Below are positions 1 through 8,783 of a stretch of DNA of 56,115 nt, piece by piece. The DNA is from Calditrichia bacterium (GTDB taxonomy: Bacteria; Calditrichota; Calditrichia; RBG-13-44-9; J075). The notes below the pieces were generated by a model. It saw only the letters and a list, made by a program, of their open reading frames with translations. It was not told the DNA's origin and made no database searches. Each line of letters begins with the position of its first letter. The stretch's first letter is position 1. Location: the NCBI GenBank assembly GCA_050633245.1, contig JBOEGD010000035.1, positions 1-56,115 of the forward strand, read 5' to 3'. Both the position numbers and the translations under genes were made by a program.

Positions 1-170
1 AGAAGGTAATTGAAAAGGAGGAGTAGAATGAATACGAAATTCAATGCAATTAGCCAAGAAAGATAAATGAATAGATTAATTGGAGTTAGATACAATTAAC
101 CTGAAAGAGAAAAAAAAGGATTTTCTGAGATCAAACCAAATCATTTCAAATCCTCACTTTAAACACGCTA

Positions 171-242
171 TTCTTCTAATTCTTCTAATTCTTCTAATTC
201 TTCTAATTCTTCTAATTCTTCTAATTCTTCTAATTCTTCTAA
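171..242. repeat. Perfect 9-bp tandem repeat (TTCTTCTAA)x8
   Basis: Eight exact copies read directly; they produce the spurious ILL-repeat ORF at 80..286. Confidence 0.95.
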
Positions 243-312
243 ACCAACTTTCTCGCTTTTTCCTTCTATCTCCTATCCATTTTTAACTCTTTTATCCACT
301 TTACCCCTTCCC

Positions 313-373
313 ATCCATGTTCATTTGAATCCTGCTTATCCATGTTTATTTGAATCCTGCTTATCCATGTTCA
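313..373. repeat. 25-bp tandem repeat, about 2.4 copies (ATCCATGTTYATTTGAATCCTGCTT)
   Basis: Units start at 313, 338 and 363, with one C/T difference. Confidence 0.9.
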
Positions 374-409
374 AAAAAAAAGCCCGACACATTTCATGCA
401 CCGGGCTTT
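373..409 (-). terminator. Intrinsic terminator of the sigma factor gene
   Basis: AAAGCCCG...CGGGCTTT stem followed on the minus strand by a T9 tract, about 20 nt after the stop at 429. Confidence 0.8.
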
Positions 410-428
410 AAGTTTTTTTAGACAGATT

Positions 429-1277
429 CTAACCGAGGAAGGCGCGTAGTGCGCGGCTTCGGGAAGCATGTCGCAATCGGCGAATCGCTTTTTCTTTAAT
501 CTGTCTTACACGCTCACGCGTCAGGTTAAAGCGTTCTCCGATCTCTTCCAACGTTAGCGGATGTTCCTGACCGAGCCCGAAATAAAGACGAACCACTTCC
601 GCTTCACGCTTGGTCAGCGTTGCGAGTGCACGTTCAATTTCAATCTTCAGAGATTCACCCATCAGATCGGAATCTGGTGGCGGCTGATGGTCATTTTGAA
701 TTACATCCAGGAGACGATTGTCTTCGCTGTTGCTAAACGGTGCATCCATTGAAAGATGTCGACCGGAAATTTTCAGCGTATCGGCTACCTCAAAATCTGT
801 CATGTCCAGCTGTTCGGCGATTTCGCTTGCACTTGGCTCTCTTTCGAATTCCTGCTCCAATGCGGAGTAGGCTTTTCCAATTTTATTTAGAGCACCGACG
901 CGGTTTAGCGGTAGTCGCACCACACGAGACTGTTCTGCTAATGCCTGCAGGATAGATTGGCGAATCCACCATACGGCATAAGAAATAAATTTAAATCCAC
1001 GCGTTTCATCGAAACGTTTCGCGGCTTTAATAAGTCCCAGATTACCCTCATTAATGAGGTCGCCAAGGGAGAGTCCCTGATTTTGGTATTGCTTGGCAAC
1101 ACTTACAACAAAGCGAAGATTTGCTTTCGTCAGCTTTTCCAGAGCGATCTGGTCGTTTTGTTTTATGCGTTGCGCAAGTTCAATCTCCTCTTCAGGAGTT
1201 AACAGGGCTACTTCTCCAATTTCCTGGAGATACTTATCGAGAGACTGGCTTGCTCTGCTTACGGAACCTCTTGCCAT
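429..1277 (-). CDS. rpoD: RNA polymerase sigma-70 factor, RpoD/SigA family (short form lacking region 1.1)
   Basis: Region 1.2 LDKYLQEIG, region 2 [13 protein letters not shown]...[35 protein letters not shown], region 4 [28 protein letters not shown]. Confidence 0.93.
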   Translation of the reverse strand: MARGSVSRASQSLDKYLQEIGEVALLTPEEEIELAQRIKQNDQIALEKLTKANLRFVVSVAKQYQNQGLSLGDLINEGNLGLIKAAKRFDETRGFKFISYAVWWIRQSILQALAEQSRVVRLPLNRVGALNKIGKAYSALEQEFEREPSASEIAEQLDMTDFEVADTLKISGRHLSMDAPFSNSEDNRLLDVIQNDHQPPPDSDLMGESLKIEIERALATLTKREAEVVRLYFGLGQEHPLTLEEIGERFNLTRERVRQIKEKAIRRLRHASRSRALRAFLG

Positions 1278-1318
1278 TCGTTAACGATCCCTTCTTTGTA
1301 CTGATGATATGATATATT

Positions 1319-2383
1319 CTATCTGTTTACAATCATTTCAATGTCGCCATCATTATTGATACCAATTGGAACTGAGTTGAGTTCCTGCGACATAATTTTC
1401 ATTCGCTCCAAGAAAGCAGTTCGCGCTTTGCCTTTGAGAGGAACAGGTTGAAAATCAACCACGGCATTATATACATTTATCGGCACAATCCGGGCTTTCA
1501 TAACGTCCTCATCACCCAAACTGAACTGTAGCAACATGCTGTCTTTTACTCTTTCACTGTATGAGGCAAACACAAAATTCCCCAGTGAGTAGGCTATCAT
1601 CTTGCCTTTGTAAAATTCAATCCCCTGAACAACATGTGGATGATGGCCAAGCACTACATCAGCCCCATTGTTAATCAGGCGATGTGCCAGCTTCACCTGA
1701 TAAGGCTTCGGTGTCGTGCGCAACTCCTGTCCCCAATGACAGGCCACAATCACAAAATCCGTTTTGCTTTTTAGGCGGGCGACGTCTTTAAATGCAAAAG
1801 ACTCGTATGGAAAACAGGTGCCGGCGGACGTATCGCTTGCCCAGAATTCTTCCGGGAATGTCAGGGTATACGATAAAAAACCAACCCGTCGACCATTTAC
1901 TTCTTCAATTGCTGCTTCACGTGCTACTGTTAAGTTAGAGCCCGCACCAGCATATTTAATCTCATGAAGATCCAAAAGTTGGCGCGTTTCTTCAACGCAT
2001 TCCGGACCGTAATCCAGCATATGATTATTTGCCAGGCTTACAATATCTACACTGCCAGCACGTAAAACGTGAACCAAGTCGGGGTGAACCCGAAACGTAA
2101 ACTTCTTATCAAACGGCTTTCCACGCGTTCCAAAAGGCGCTTCGAGGTTTGTTATATGTAAATCGGCACTATCCAAATATTCCTTAATATGGACAAATGG
2201 ATACATATGCCCTTTTTCTTCAATAATATCGCCGATCCATGAACCCAACATTGTGTCACCGGTAGCAACAACGGTTACCTTAGACTTGGTATTTTGATGA
2301 ACACCAACCAACAATGTTACAAGCGGAAGAAGAATCAACACGGCTATTTTCGAGCGCAAAAAGACCACGGCAGACAACCTCAC
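1319..2383 (-). CDS. CapA/PGA_cap family metallophosphatase-fold protein
   Basis: GDTMLG, NLEAP, LANNHMLDYG, HWGQE, GHHPHVVQ and YSLGNFVF motifs; N-terminal hydrophobic anchor. Confidence 0.9.
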   Translation of the reverse strand: MRLSAVVFLRSKIAVLILLPLVTLLVGVHQNTKSKVTVVATGDTMLGSWIGDIIEEKGHMYPFVHIKEYLDSADLHITNLEAPFGTRGKPFDKKFTFRVHPDLVHVLRAGSVDIVSLANNHMLDYGPECVEETRQLLDLHEIKYAGAGSNLTVAREAAIEEVNGRRVGFLSYTLTFPEEFWASDTSAGTCFPYESFAFKDVARLKSKTDFVIVACHWGQELRTTPKPYQVKLAHRLINNGADVVLGHHPHVVQGIEFYKGKMIAYSLGNFVFASYSERVKDSMLLQFSLGDEDVMKARIVPINVYNAVVDFQPVPLKGKARTAFLERMKIMSQELNSVPIGINNDGDIEMIVNR

Positions 2384-2580
2384 ATACGTGCAACGCTTCT
2401 TTCGGGGGCACTCGTAAACAGCGAAAAGGCACGAAATAAAATCTACGCTACATCTTATTTAATCAGGGAAAGACTCCGTTTTCCCGTAGCCTTATAATTT
2501 AATACATTTGCCAGGAAATTCAACTGAAAATATTAATAGAGATAATTAACAAAAATAGGGAGGAATTATGATGATGTGGA

Positions 2581-3006
2581 TCAACTCGGGGTGATATATT
2601 CCGTTAAAACAACCTTTGTGCCCTTCTCTGATGGATGAAACTCAACCGAGTGCACAAATTCTCTTACTAAAAAGATTCCGCGACCGCTCTGCTTCCAAAG
2701 ATTCTTCGGCTCAAGCGGATCTTCAACATCATCCGGGTTAAAGCCATCTCCTTCATCCTGAATAGACACCTGCACATGGTCGGAAAAATAAGCGACATCA
2801 ACGGTGACCATCTTTTTAACGTCCTGTTTGTTACCGTGCAGGATCGCATTGTTTACCATCTCGGTAATGGCAATGGCCATGTTATCACTTTTATCCTCAT
2901 TCAGACCTGCTTTTTTGCAAAGACTGGTAATAAACGCTTCTACCTCTGGTAGATGCACCATATCGCTGGCTATCACTAATCGGTCTGGACCCGGATTATT
3001 CTGCAT
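2581..3006 (-). CDS. RsbW-like anti-sigma factor / Ser-Thr kinase (HATPase_c)
   Basis: EMVNNAILHGN (N box), DEGDGF (G1), GRGIFLV (G2), GTKV. Confidence 0.88.
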   Translation of the reverse strand: MQNNPGPDRLVIASDMVHLPEVEAFITSLCKKAGLNEDKSDNMAIAITEMVNNAILHGNKQDVKKMVTVDVAYFSDHVQVSIQDEGDGFNPDDVEDPLEPKNLWKQSGRGIFLVREFVHSVEFHPSEKGTKVVLTEYITPS

Positions 3007-3139
3007 TTTTGCTTTTCATGTGTTAGACGTCTAAATTGGCATTGTCTTAATCGAATATAAACAAACCACCTACTTAATCAAATGGTAAAATTGCCCGTCT
3101 GTTCCCTTACGGGTACATATTTTTTCAATTGGTATTCCT

Positions 3140-4522
3140 ATGACAAGTAAACCGACCCTGCCTCGCGTGCTAAATCGTTTTGACGCAGCGATGATGATTA
3201 TGGGCAATATGATCGGTATCGGCATCTTTACAACAACCGGATATTTCGCAGGAGAGATCGGTTCACCCTTTCTTGCATTGTTGGTTTGGGTTATTGGCGG
3301 ATGCTATGTTTTTTGTGGTGCCGTGACGTATGCTGAACTTGCCACGCGCTTTCCCAGAGCTGGCGGAGACTATAACTACTTAGGTCAGACCTATCATCCA
3401 ATGCTCGGCTTTTTATTTGGCTGGTCTACCTTTCTGGTAACCTATACCGGTTCAATTGCCGCAATTGCAATTGGATTTGCAGCGTATTTTTTACGGTTGT
3501 TACCGGCAGACCTTCAAACGGCCTCCGTTGGTCTGGCCGGGATTGAGCTTTCGATGCTAAAGCTCGTCGCAATTGGAATTACCTTTATTTTGACGCTGCT
3601 GAACACCCGCGGAGTGGAGCGCGGTAGCCTTTTTCAAAACGGCATGACATTACTCGGTGTTACAACTCTTGTCGCGATGATTATTTTTGGCCTGATGTCC
3701 GGTAACGGTAATCCAGCCAACTTTCAGCCCTTTATGCTACAGCAGTTTGACTTTGAGACACTTTCTTCATTGGGTGTTGCCATGGTTGGCGTTATCTTCA
3801 CCTTCGCAGGGTGGACCGTTATTGCTTACATTGCAGAGGAAGTAAAGGAACCGCAACGTACCATTCCCCAGGCTCTGGCCGGAGCAGTATTGCTTGTTGC
3901 AACTCTATACTTATTAACAAACGTGGTGTATATCTACGCACAGCCCCTCTCCAGCATGAGCGGCACAATTGAAGTTGGCTTCCAGACACTCACTATTTTA
4001 TTTGGCAATGAAGCCGGATTTTTCTTTTCAATGATTATTATTCTGATGGTTGCGAGCAGCTTAAATGCCACAGTTCTGTCTGGCCCCAGAATATATTTTG
4101 CAATGGCCAGAGACGGGTACTTTTTCAAGTGGGCTGGTGAACTTCATCCCAAACATCAGGTTCCGTGGAAAGGATTATGGATTCAGTTTGGCTGGGTCGT
4201 GTTAATGATATTGTTCAATAAGTTCAATGAGTTGCTGTCTATGCTGGTTGTGGTAACACTGCTCTGTGGCTTGCTAAGCGGTAGCGCGCTCGTCGTGCAG
4301 AGACTGCGTAATCCCAATCCCGAGTCAGCCTACAGCGCGTGGGGATATCCTGTAACAACCGGAATTTATCTGCTGCTCTCACTGGGAATTATGCTGAATC
4401 TATTTTATAAGCAGCCCAAGGAAAGTCTTATCGGACTGGCAATTGTTGCAACAGGAATTCCATTTTACCTCTGGTGGAAAAACAAGCAGAATCAGGTCAG
4501 GAATTCTACCCACAATGGATAG
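3140..4522 (+). CDS. APC-family amino acid permease
   Basis: GNMIGIGIF, YAELATRFPRAGGDY, AEEVKEPQRTIP and PRIYFAMARDG motifs; about 12 hydrophobic segments. Confidence 0.92.
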   Translation: MTSKPTLPRVLNRFDAAMMIMGNMIGIGIFTTTGYFAGEIGSPFLALLVWVIGGCYVFCGAVTYAELATRFPRAGGDYNYLGQTYHPMLGFLFGWSTFLVTYTGSIAAIAIGFAAYFLRLLPADLQTASVGLAGIELSMLKLVAIGITFILTLLNTRGVERGSLFQNGMTLLGVTTLVAMIIFGLMSGNGNPANFQPFMLQQFDFETLSSLGVAMVGVIFTFAGWTVIAYIAEEVKEPQRTIPQALAGAVLLVATLYLLTNVVYIYAQPLSSMSGTIEVGFQTLTILFGNEAGFFFSMIIILMVASSLNATVLSGPRIYFAMARDGYFFKWAGELHPKHQVPWKGLWIQFGWVVLMILFNKFNELLSMLVVVTLLCGLLSGSALVVQRLRNPNPESAYSAWGYPVTTGIYLLLSLGIMLNLFYKQPKESLIGLAIVATGIPFYLWWKNKQNQVRNSTHNG

Positions 4523-5466
4523 TGATCGGAGATTCTCCATGATACCTGATTACGGGTTAGACTCCGGTTAGATAACGCAGTCCGGGTAAAATCGAAACTA
4601 CCACCGCCATTGTATTTCAGCGACAATGCCGGAACGTCTCCCTTCTCCGTAAACCAGGCGATCTGATCATAGAACTTATCCTTTGGTCCTTTCCCGGGGC
4701 GATGAAAGATCGAGCGTGGCACCTGATGAAGGGCTTTCGGAACCGTAAGTCCCGTCGATGTAAAAGCCTTGTATAGCTGGTCATCGATGCGATCAATATT
4801 AAAATCGCCCAAAGCAATCAGGTTGTGATCCCAGGCATTAATATCTTTTGCCCAATCGGCCATCCATTCGGCAATTGCTTTCAGCTCACCCACTCTATCG
4901 TATGGCCTTTTGCCATAAAGAACATGCAGCGTTATAAGAATAAATGTCGCCGATCCACAGCGAAAGCTGACCGCATAAGGCGTTCGCGCAAACTGCTTTT
5001 CCAGTGCATCCGCAGACATATTCGAAAGCTGCTCTTCCGGTACCACCAGCTCAGTAGCTAAACCAGACATCTGCACCTTACGCGTATCGAAAAGATAGGC
5101 CATGCGCTCACCATTTCCCGGTGCACCTTTTGTCACATCCGTCAGTACCAATCCCCAATGACTTCCCAAATACTTCAGCGCGTGGCGAAGCGCTTTCAAA
5201 TCGCTCTTCACTTCCTGCAGGGCAATCACGTCGAAGCGTGAAATAATCTCGGCAATGCACAGTAAGGAGTGCAAATCGCGCTGGGGGCTATCTCTTCTTG
5301 AGGATATCCATTTCTCTGTCAGCCCACCGAAGGCACGAATATTCCAGGTTCCGACAAGTAAATTTTTATCGAGCTTTTTGGGTGGAATTTGTTCATCGAG
5401 CTGCTCCTTAAGTTCACTGAGGTTTTTGAAAACAGGAATCGGAGGTTTATCAAGGATAGTCGGCAT
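4492..5466 (-). CDS. Endonuclease/exonuclease/phosphatase (DNase I-like) family protein
   Basis: TWNIR, ALQEV, GDFN and SDHYP catalytic motifs. Confidence 0.9.
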   Translation of the reverse strand: MPTILDKPPIPVFKNLSELKEQLDEQIPPKKLDKNLLVGTWNIRAFGGLTEKWISSRRDSPQRDLHSLLCIAEIISRFDVIALQEVKSDLKALRHALKYLGSHWGLVLTDVTKGAPGNGERMAYLFDTRKVQMSGLATELVVPEEQLSNMSADALEKQFARTPYAVSFRCGSATFILITLHVLYGKRPYDRVGELKAIAEWMADWAKDINAWDHNLIALGDFNIDRIDDQLYKAFTSTGLTVPKALHQVPRSIFHRPGKGPKDKFYDQIAWFTEKGDVPALSLKYNGGGSFDFTRTALSNRSLTRNQVSWRISDHYPLWVEFLT

Positions 5467-5554
5467 GGCAGTTCCTTTAACGCATTAGTGACCGTGTTAT
5501 AAAAGGTAGGATTATTTGCCATCAGATGTTGTGTGGTGGGTCAAAGGCGGGAAT

Positions 5555-5575
5555 CGGTGAGCAGTGAGCGGTGAA
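5555..5575. repeat. Short heptamer tandem repeat (CRGTGAR)x3
   Basis: CGGTGAG CAGTGAG CGGTGAA, intergenic. Confidence 0.55.
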
Positions 5576-5599
5576 CGAGCAAAATATATCTGCCGTCTG

Positions 5600-6382
5600 T
5601 TAAGAAAGGTCTTTCAACCTCACAGACAACAGCGGCATGCTAATTCGATCTTCCTGCATTCGCTGGTCATATACAAAATCTTCTGTCTCGCGAATGACCC
5701 AAGGGTCTCCATAGTGCTTGTTCAAAGCCGCTGCAATCGTATAAAAACTCCAGCGGGTGTTTGAATTCAACATATACAATCCGGGTGAGAGCTGCGCTAT
5801 GCGATACAAGGCATCTACCGTATCATCAAGGAATGAACAGGACGGCAGCCAATTGCTGCTGGCATCAACCTGGCCATGTTCGCGCATTTGTTTATCGAAA
5901 AAGTCGATCATGTTATTGCTACCCGGTGCGTCACCAATCTGCCAGCCAAGCCGGGCAATTATCGCACGTGGATTTTGATGGAAAACGCGTTCCTCAGCCA
6001 TGCGCTTCTCGTTACCATACCCTTCAGAGGCATCCGGCTTAGAGAATCTATCAAATGGACCAACAGCATTATCGGAAAAAACCATAACGGTACTGGTAAA
6101 GACGAACTGGATATCGAGGATTTTGGTGATCCAGGCGAGCTCGCTGGCCCATTCATAGTTCACCAACCACGATTCATTCATTTTACCGGTAGGAGTGGAT
6201 GCAACTGCCAGGTGAAAAACAATATCGGGCTTTAAGGCACTTACAAATGCTTCCATTGCATGGTAGTTATCAATCGGCACCCGCTTGCGGTTCCACAGCG
6301 TAACAATACAGCCCTTTTTTTGCAATAGCTGCACCAGTCGCGAACCGACAGTACCATTTCCACCTGTGACAAGAACGTTCAT
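5600..6382 (-). CDS. RmlD-like (dTDP-4-dehydrorhamnose reductase family) extended SDR
   Basis: TGGNGTVG Rossmann motif, PDIVFHLA, FTSTVMVF, YGNEK (YxxxK). Confidence 0.8.
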   Translation of the reverse strand: MNVLVTGGNGTVGSRLVQLLQKKGCIVTLWNRKRVPIDNYHAMEAFVSALKPDIVFHLAVASTPTGKMNESWLVNYEWASELAWITKILDIQFVFTSTVMVFSDNAVGPFDRFSKPDASEGYGNEKRMAEERVFHQNPRAIIARLGWQIGDAPGSNNMIDFFDKQMREHGQVDASSNWLPSCSFLDDTVDALYRIAQLSPGLYMLNSNTRWSFYTIAAALNKHYGDPWVIRETEDFVYDQRMQEDRISMPLLSVRLKDLS

Positions 6383-6387
6383 ACCGT

Positions 6388-6415
6388 TTATGAGTTATGA
6401 TTTATGAATTATGAT
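6388..6415. repeat. Heptamer tandem repeat (TTATGAN)x4
   Basis: TTATGAG TTATGAT TTATGAA TTATGAT; the same unit recurs at the window end. Confidence 0.85.
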
Positions 6416-6442
6416 TTAACTGCAGCTAAGCATGGCCTCATC

Positions 6443-6502
6443 CTACAACAAGTGAAACGAGCGACCTAGCCACTACAAGCTCGACACAGGAGAGCGCCCT
6501 AC
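6443..6502 (+). repeat. REP-like CTAC/GTAG hairpin units, cluster A (2 units)
   Basis: CTACAACAAGTGAAACGAGCGACCTAG-CCA-CTACAAGCTCGACACAGGAGAGCGCCCTAC; homologous to units at 7669-7829 and 48295-48375. Confidence 0.75.
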
Positions 6503-6505
6503 CCA

Positions 6506-7642
6506 CTAATATTTAACTGACGGATCAATTTCCTTAGCCCAGGCCATGAGCCCACCGGTCAGATTAGTAACATCTTTAAACCCGGCATCCAGCAAAATTT
6601 TAGCGGCTTTTAAACTGCGCTTACCCGAACGACAATGTACCACAATTTCTGCATTTTTATCGATAGTATTTAGCTTTTCCGGCAGTACAGCAAGAGGAAT
6701 AAGCTCTGCGCCAATATTGCCCAGCGTATATTCATGTTCATTGCGAACATCTAAGACCAGTGGTGATGTGCCGTTATTCATTCGCTCCTGTAGCTGAGCA
6801 ACATTTATGGTTTTTACTTTGCTTCCGAACATTTCGTCCTCATTCTTTGTCATACAAAACGCTTCATAATCAATTAGCATGTTAATTGTTGGATTATCAC
6901 CACAAATCGGACAATCGTTACGTTTGCGCAGTTTCAGTTCGTTGAACTCAAAGTTCAGCGCATCAAATAAAATCAGGCGACCAATCAACGAGCCTCCTGT
7001 TCCCAACAGCAGCTTTAGCGCCTCCAATGCCTGTAGCGATCCTATAATTCCCGGCAGTACACCGAGCACGCCACCCTCTGCACAGCTTGGCACCATATCG
7101 GGTGGTGGCGGAGTGGGAAACAAACATCTATAACAAGGCCCTGAAGCATCAAAGACACTTACCTGCCCATCAAAGCGATAAATACTGCCATAAACCAGTG
7201 GCTTTTTAAGCAAGACACAGGCATCATTGACCAGGTAACGAGTAGGAAAATTATCGGTACCATCAACTATTACGTCATAGCGTTTCAGAATATCCAACGC
7301 ATTTTCAGATGTCAGTCGCTCCGGATGAGATGTAAACTGAATAAGTGGATTGATCTGCTGCAATCGCTGAATTGCTGTTTCCACCTTCGGCTTGCCGACA
7401 TCGTCAGTTGTAAACAATACCTGCCGCTGCAAGTTGCTCAACTCAATGTCATCAAAGTCCACCATGCCAATATGACCAACACCGGCCGCGGCCAGATATT
7501 GCCCGAGCGGTGAACCAAGTCCACCCGCACCGATAATCAACACGCTGGATTGCTTTAGCTTTGCCTGCCCTTCCATACCGACTTCCGGCATCAAAAGATG
7601 GCGGCCGTAGCGGGCTAATTCACTGTGAGAAAGTTTAGACAT
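6506..7642 (-). CDS. moeB: Molybdopterin-synthase adenylyltransferase MoeB with C-terminal rhodanese (MoeZ type)
   Basis: RYGRH, GAGGLGS, SNLQRQ, DGTDNF, CYRC/CPIC Zn motifs, PSCAEGGVLG, rhodanese CRSGKRS. Confidence 0.93.
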   Translation of the reverse strand: MSKLSHSELARYGRHLLMPEVGMEGQAKLKQSSVLIIGAGGLGSPLGQYLAAAGVGHIGMVDFDDIELSNLQRQVLFTTDDVGKPKVETAIQRLQQINPLIQFTSHPERLTSENALDILKRYDVIVDGTDNFPTRYLVNDACVLLKKPLVYGSIYRFDGQVSVFDASGPCYRCLFPTPPPPDMVPSCAEGGVLGVLPGIIGSLQALEALKLLLGTGGSLIGRLILFDALNFEFNELKLRKRNDCPICGDNPTINMLIDYEAFCMTKNEDEMFGSKVKTINVAQLQERMNNGTSPLVLDVRNEHEYTLGNIGAELIPLAVLPEKLNTIDKNAEIVVHCRSGKRSLKAAKILLDAGFKDVTNLTGGLMAWAKEIDPSVKY

Positions 7643-7668
7643 TCAATCGTTCACCACTTTAGAATCCG

Positions 7669-7829
7669 TTCGCAGCTTCGCTGCTGGTAGTTTGTTGAGC
7701 GCTCGTTTCACTCGCTGGTAGGTGGTAGCTTAACTTACCGTCAATAATTAAGTGCAACAAACGTCCTACCAGTCCCGAAACTTCGGGACAACCTACACAC
7801 TACCAGCCCGACACAGGAGGGCGATCTAC
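7669..7829. repeat. REP-like CTAC/GTAG hairpin units, cluster B (2 minus-strand + 2 plus-strand units)
   Basis: Minus units 7669-7690 and 7697-7721 (end GCTGGTAG on the plus strand); plus units 7766-7796 and 7800-7829 (start CTACCAG). Confidence 0.8.
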
Positions 7830-7839
7830 CCAACTATCT

Positions 7840-8658
7840 TTAGTCAAATCTCCTCAAATCATCTTTCCCAAACGTCCATTCAGCCGTTTTTAGAACGCTG
7901 CCAAAATCAGACGAATACCAAGGCGAAGATGACAGTGGATTTTGCAATACATGAATATCCTGCGCCGGCATAAAGCTCTGAGCAAGTAGAAATTGTTTCT
8001 CTCCGGTTTGCCGATGCACTGCAACATCTACAACAATAACCGCATGGCCGGGAAACCCGCCTTGAATAAAGACATCACCAACCTGCATGTCATTAACCCG
8101 TTTAACGACTTTCATTTCTTTCCTGAGTGAATACGTACCGGCATAAGTAAAAACATTTTTCAGATAGTTGCGAAAGTTGGCATAATCTTTACCAAGGACG
8201 CCGTTCGTTTTCCAGCGCACAGAATTTCCGTTGACGACAGGACGCTCACCGGCTGCCCAGCGCAAAAAGGAGATTTTATCACCGCTGGTATAGTTAAAAT
8301 GAATAGCTGTGAACTGTTTGTTGGCATAAAGATATTCGGCACGAAGTCGCATAACGGCATCGGCGCACTGCTGCAAATCGCGCTTACCGGGGTCAATATC
8401 AATCACCGCAACATGGGCATTTTGATTGCCCTTAAGCCGTCCATCGTGCAGCATAACCGGTGGACGCCCTTTTTTTAGCGGAAGATGCCGCAACCAGTGG
8501 GCAAATGTGCCCTTGGCAGCAACTACGCGCTGAAAGCCTTCCGGCACAGTAAAACGCGTATGAATAGTATCGGCGGAGTCCGATGCTCCCCAGGAATAGG
8601 TTTGGGCAAAAGCAGAGCTCAGGGAGAAAAGCAGGAAGATATAAAAAAAGCGAATCAT
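7840..8658 (-). CDS. DUF4846-family secreted protein
   Basis: Signal peptide; FAHWLRHLPLK, DLQQCADAVMRLRAEY, GDVFIQGGFPGHAV and LAQSFMPAQDIH motifs. Confidence 0.82.
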   Translation of the reverse strand: MIRFFYIFLLFSLSSAFAQTYSWGASDSADTIHTRFTVPEGFQRVVAAKGTFAHWLRHLPLKKGRPPVMLHDGRLKGNQNAHVAVIDIDPGKRDLQQCADAVMRLRAEYLYANKQFTAIHFNYTSGDKISFLRWAAGERPVVNGNSVRWKTNGVLGKDYANFRNYLKNVFTYAGTYSLRKEMKVVKRVNDMQVGDVFIQGGFPGHAVIVVDVAVHRQTGEKQFLLAQSFMPAQDIHVLQNPLSSSPWYSSDFGSVLKTAEWTFGKDDLRRFD

Positions 8659-8783
8659 TTATCGAACTCCTTCTTGCTCTACGGCGTAAACAAAATGTAT
8701 CTTAATTGCGGAAAAGCTATCAAAAATATAACATCAATAATTTTAAATACATCATTCGATTGTTAATGATTTGGGGGAGATTT

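Noticed and set aside
80-286. 68-aa ORF with a poly-ILL hydrophobic stretch
   Set aside because: It is the translation of the (TTCTTCTAA)x8 repeat; no other coding evidence
313-373. 25-bp repeats as a CRISPR array
   Set aside because: Units are contiguous with no spacers; no cas genes
2581-3006. RsbW-like kinase as the anti-sigma for the nearby RpoD-like factor
   Set aside because: RsbW partners are SigB/SigF-type; no RsbV/RsbU is adjacent and nothing beyond proximity supports a link
6443-7829. CTAC units as a mini-CRISPR (repeat-spacer) array
   Set aside because: Variable parts are under 20 bp, self-complementary and reused between loci; arrays have only 2-4 units
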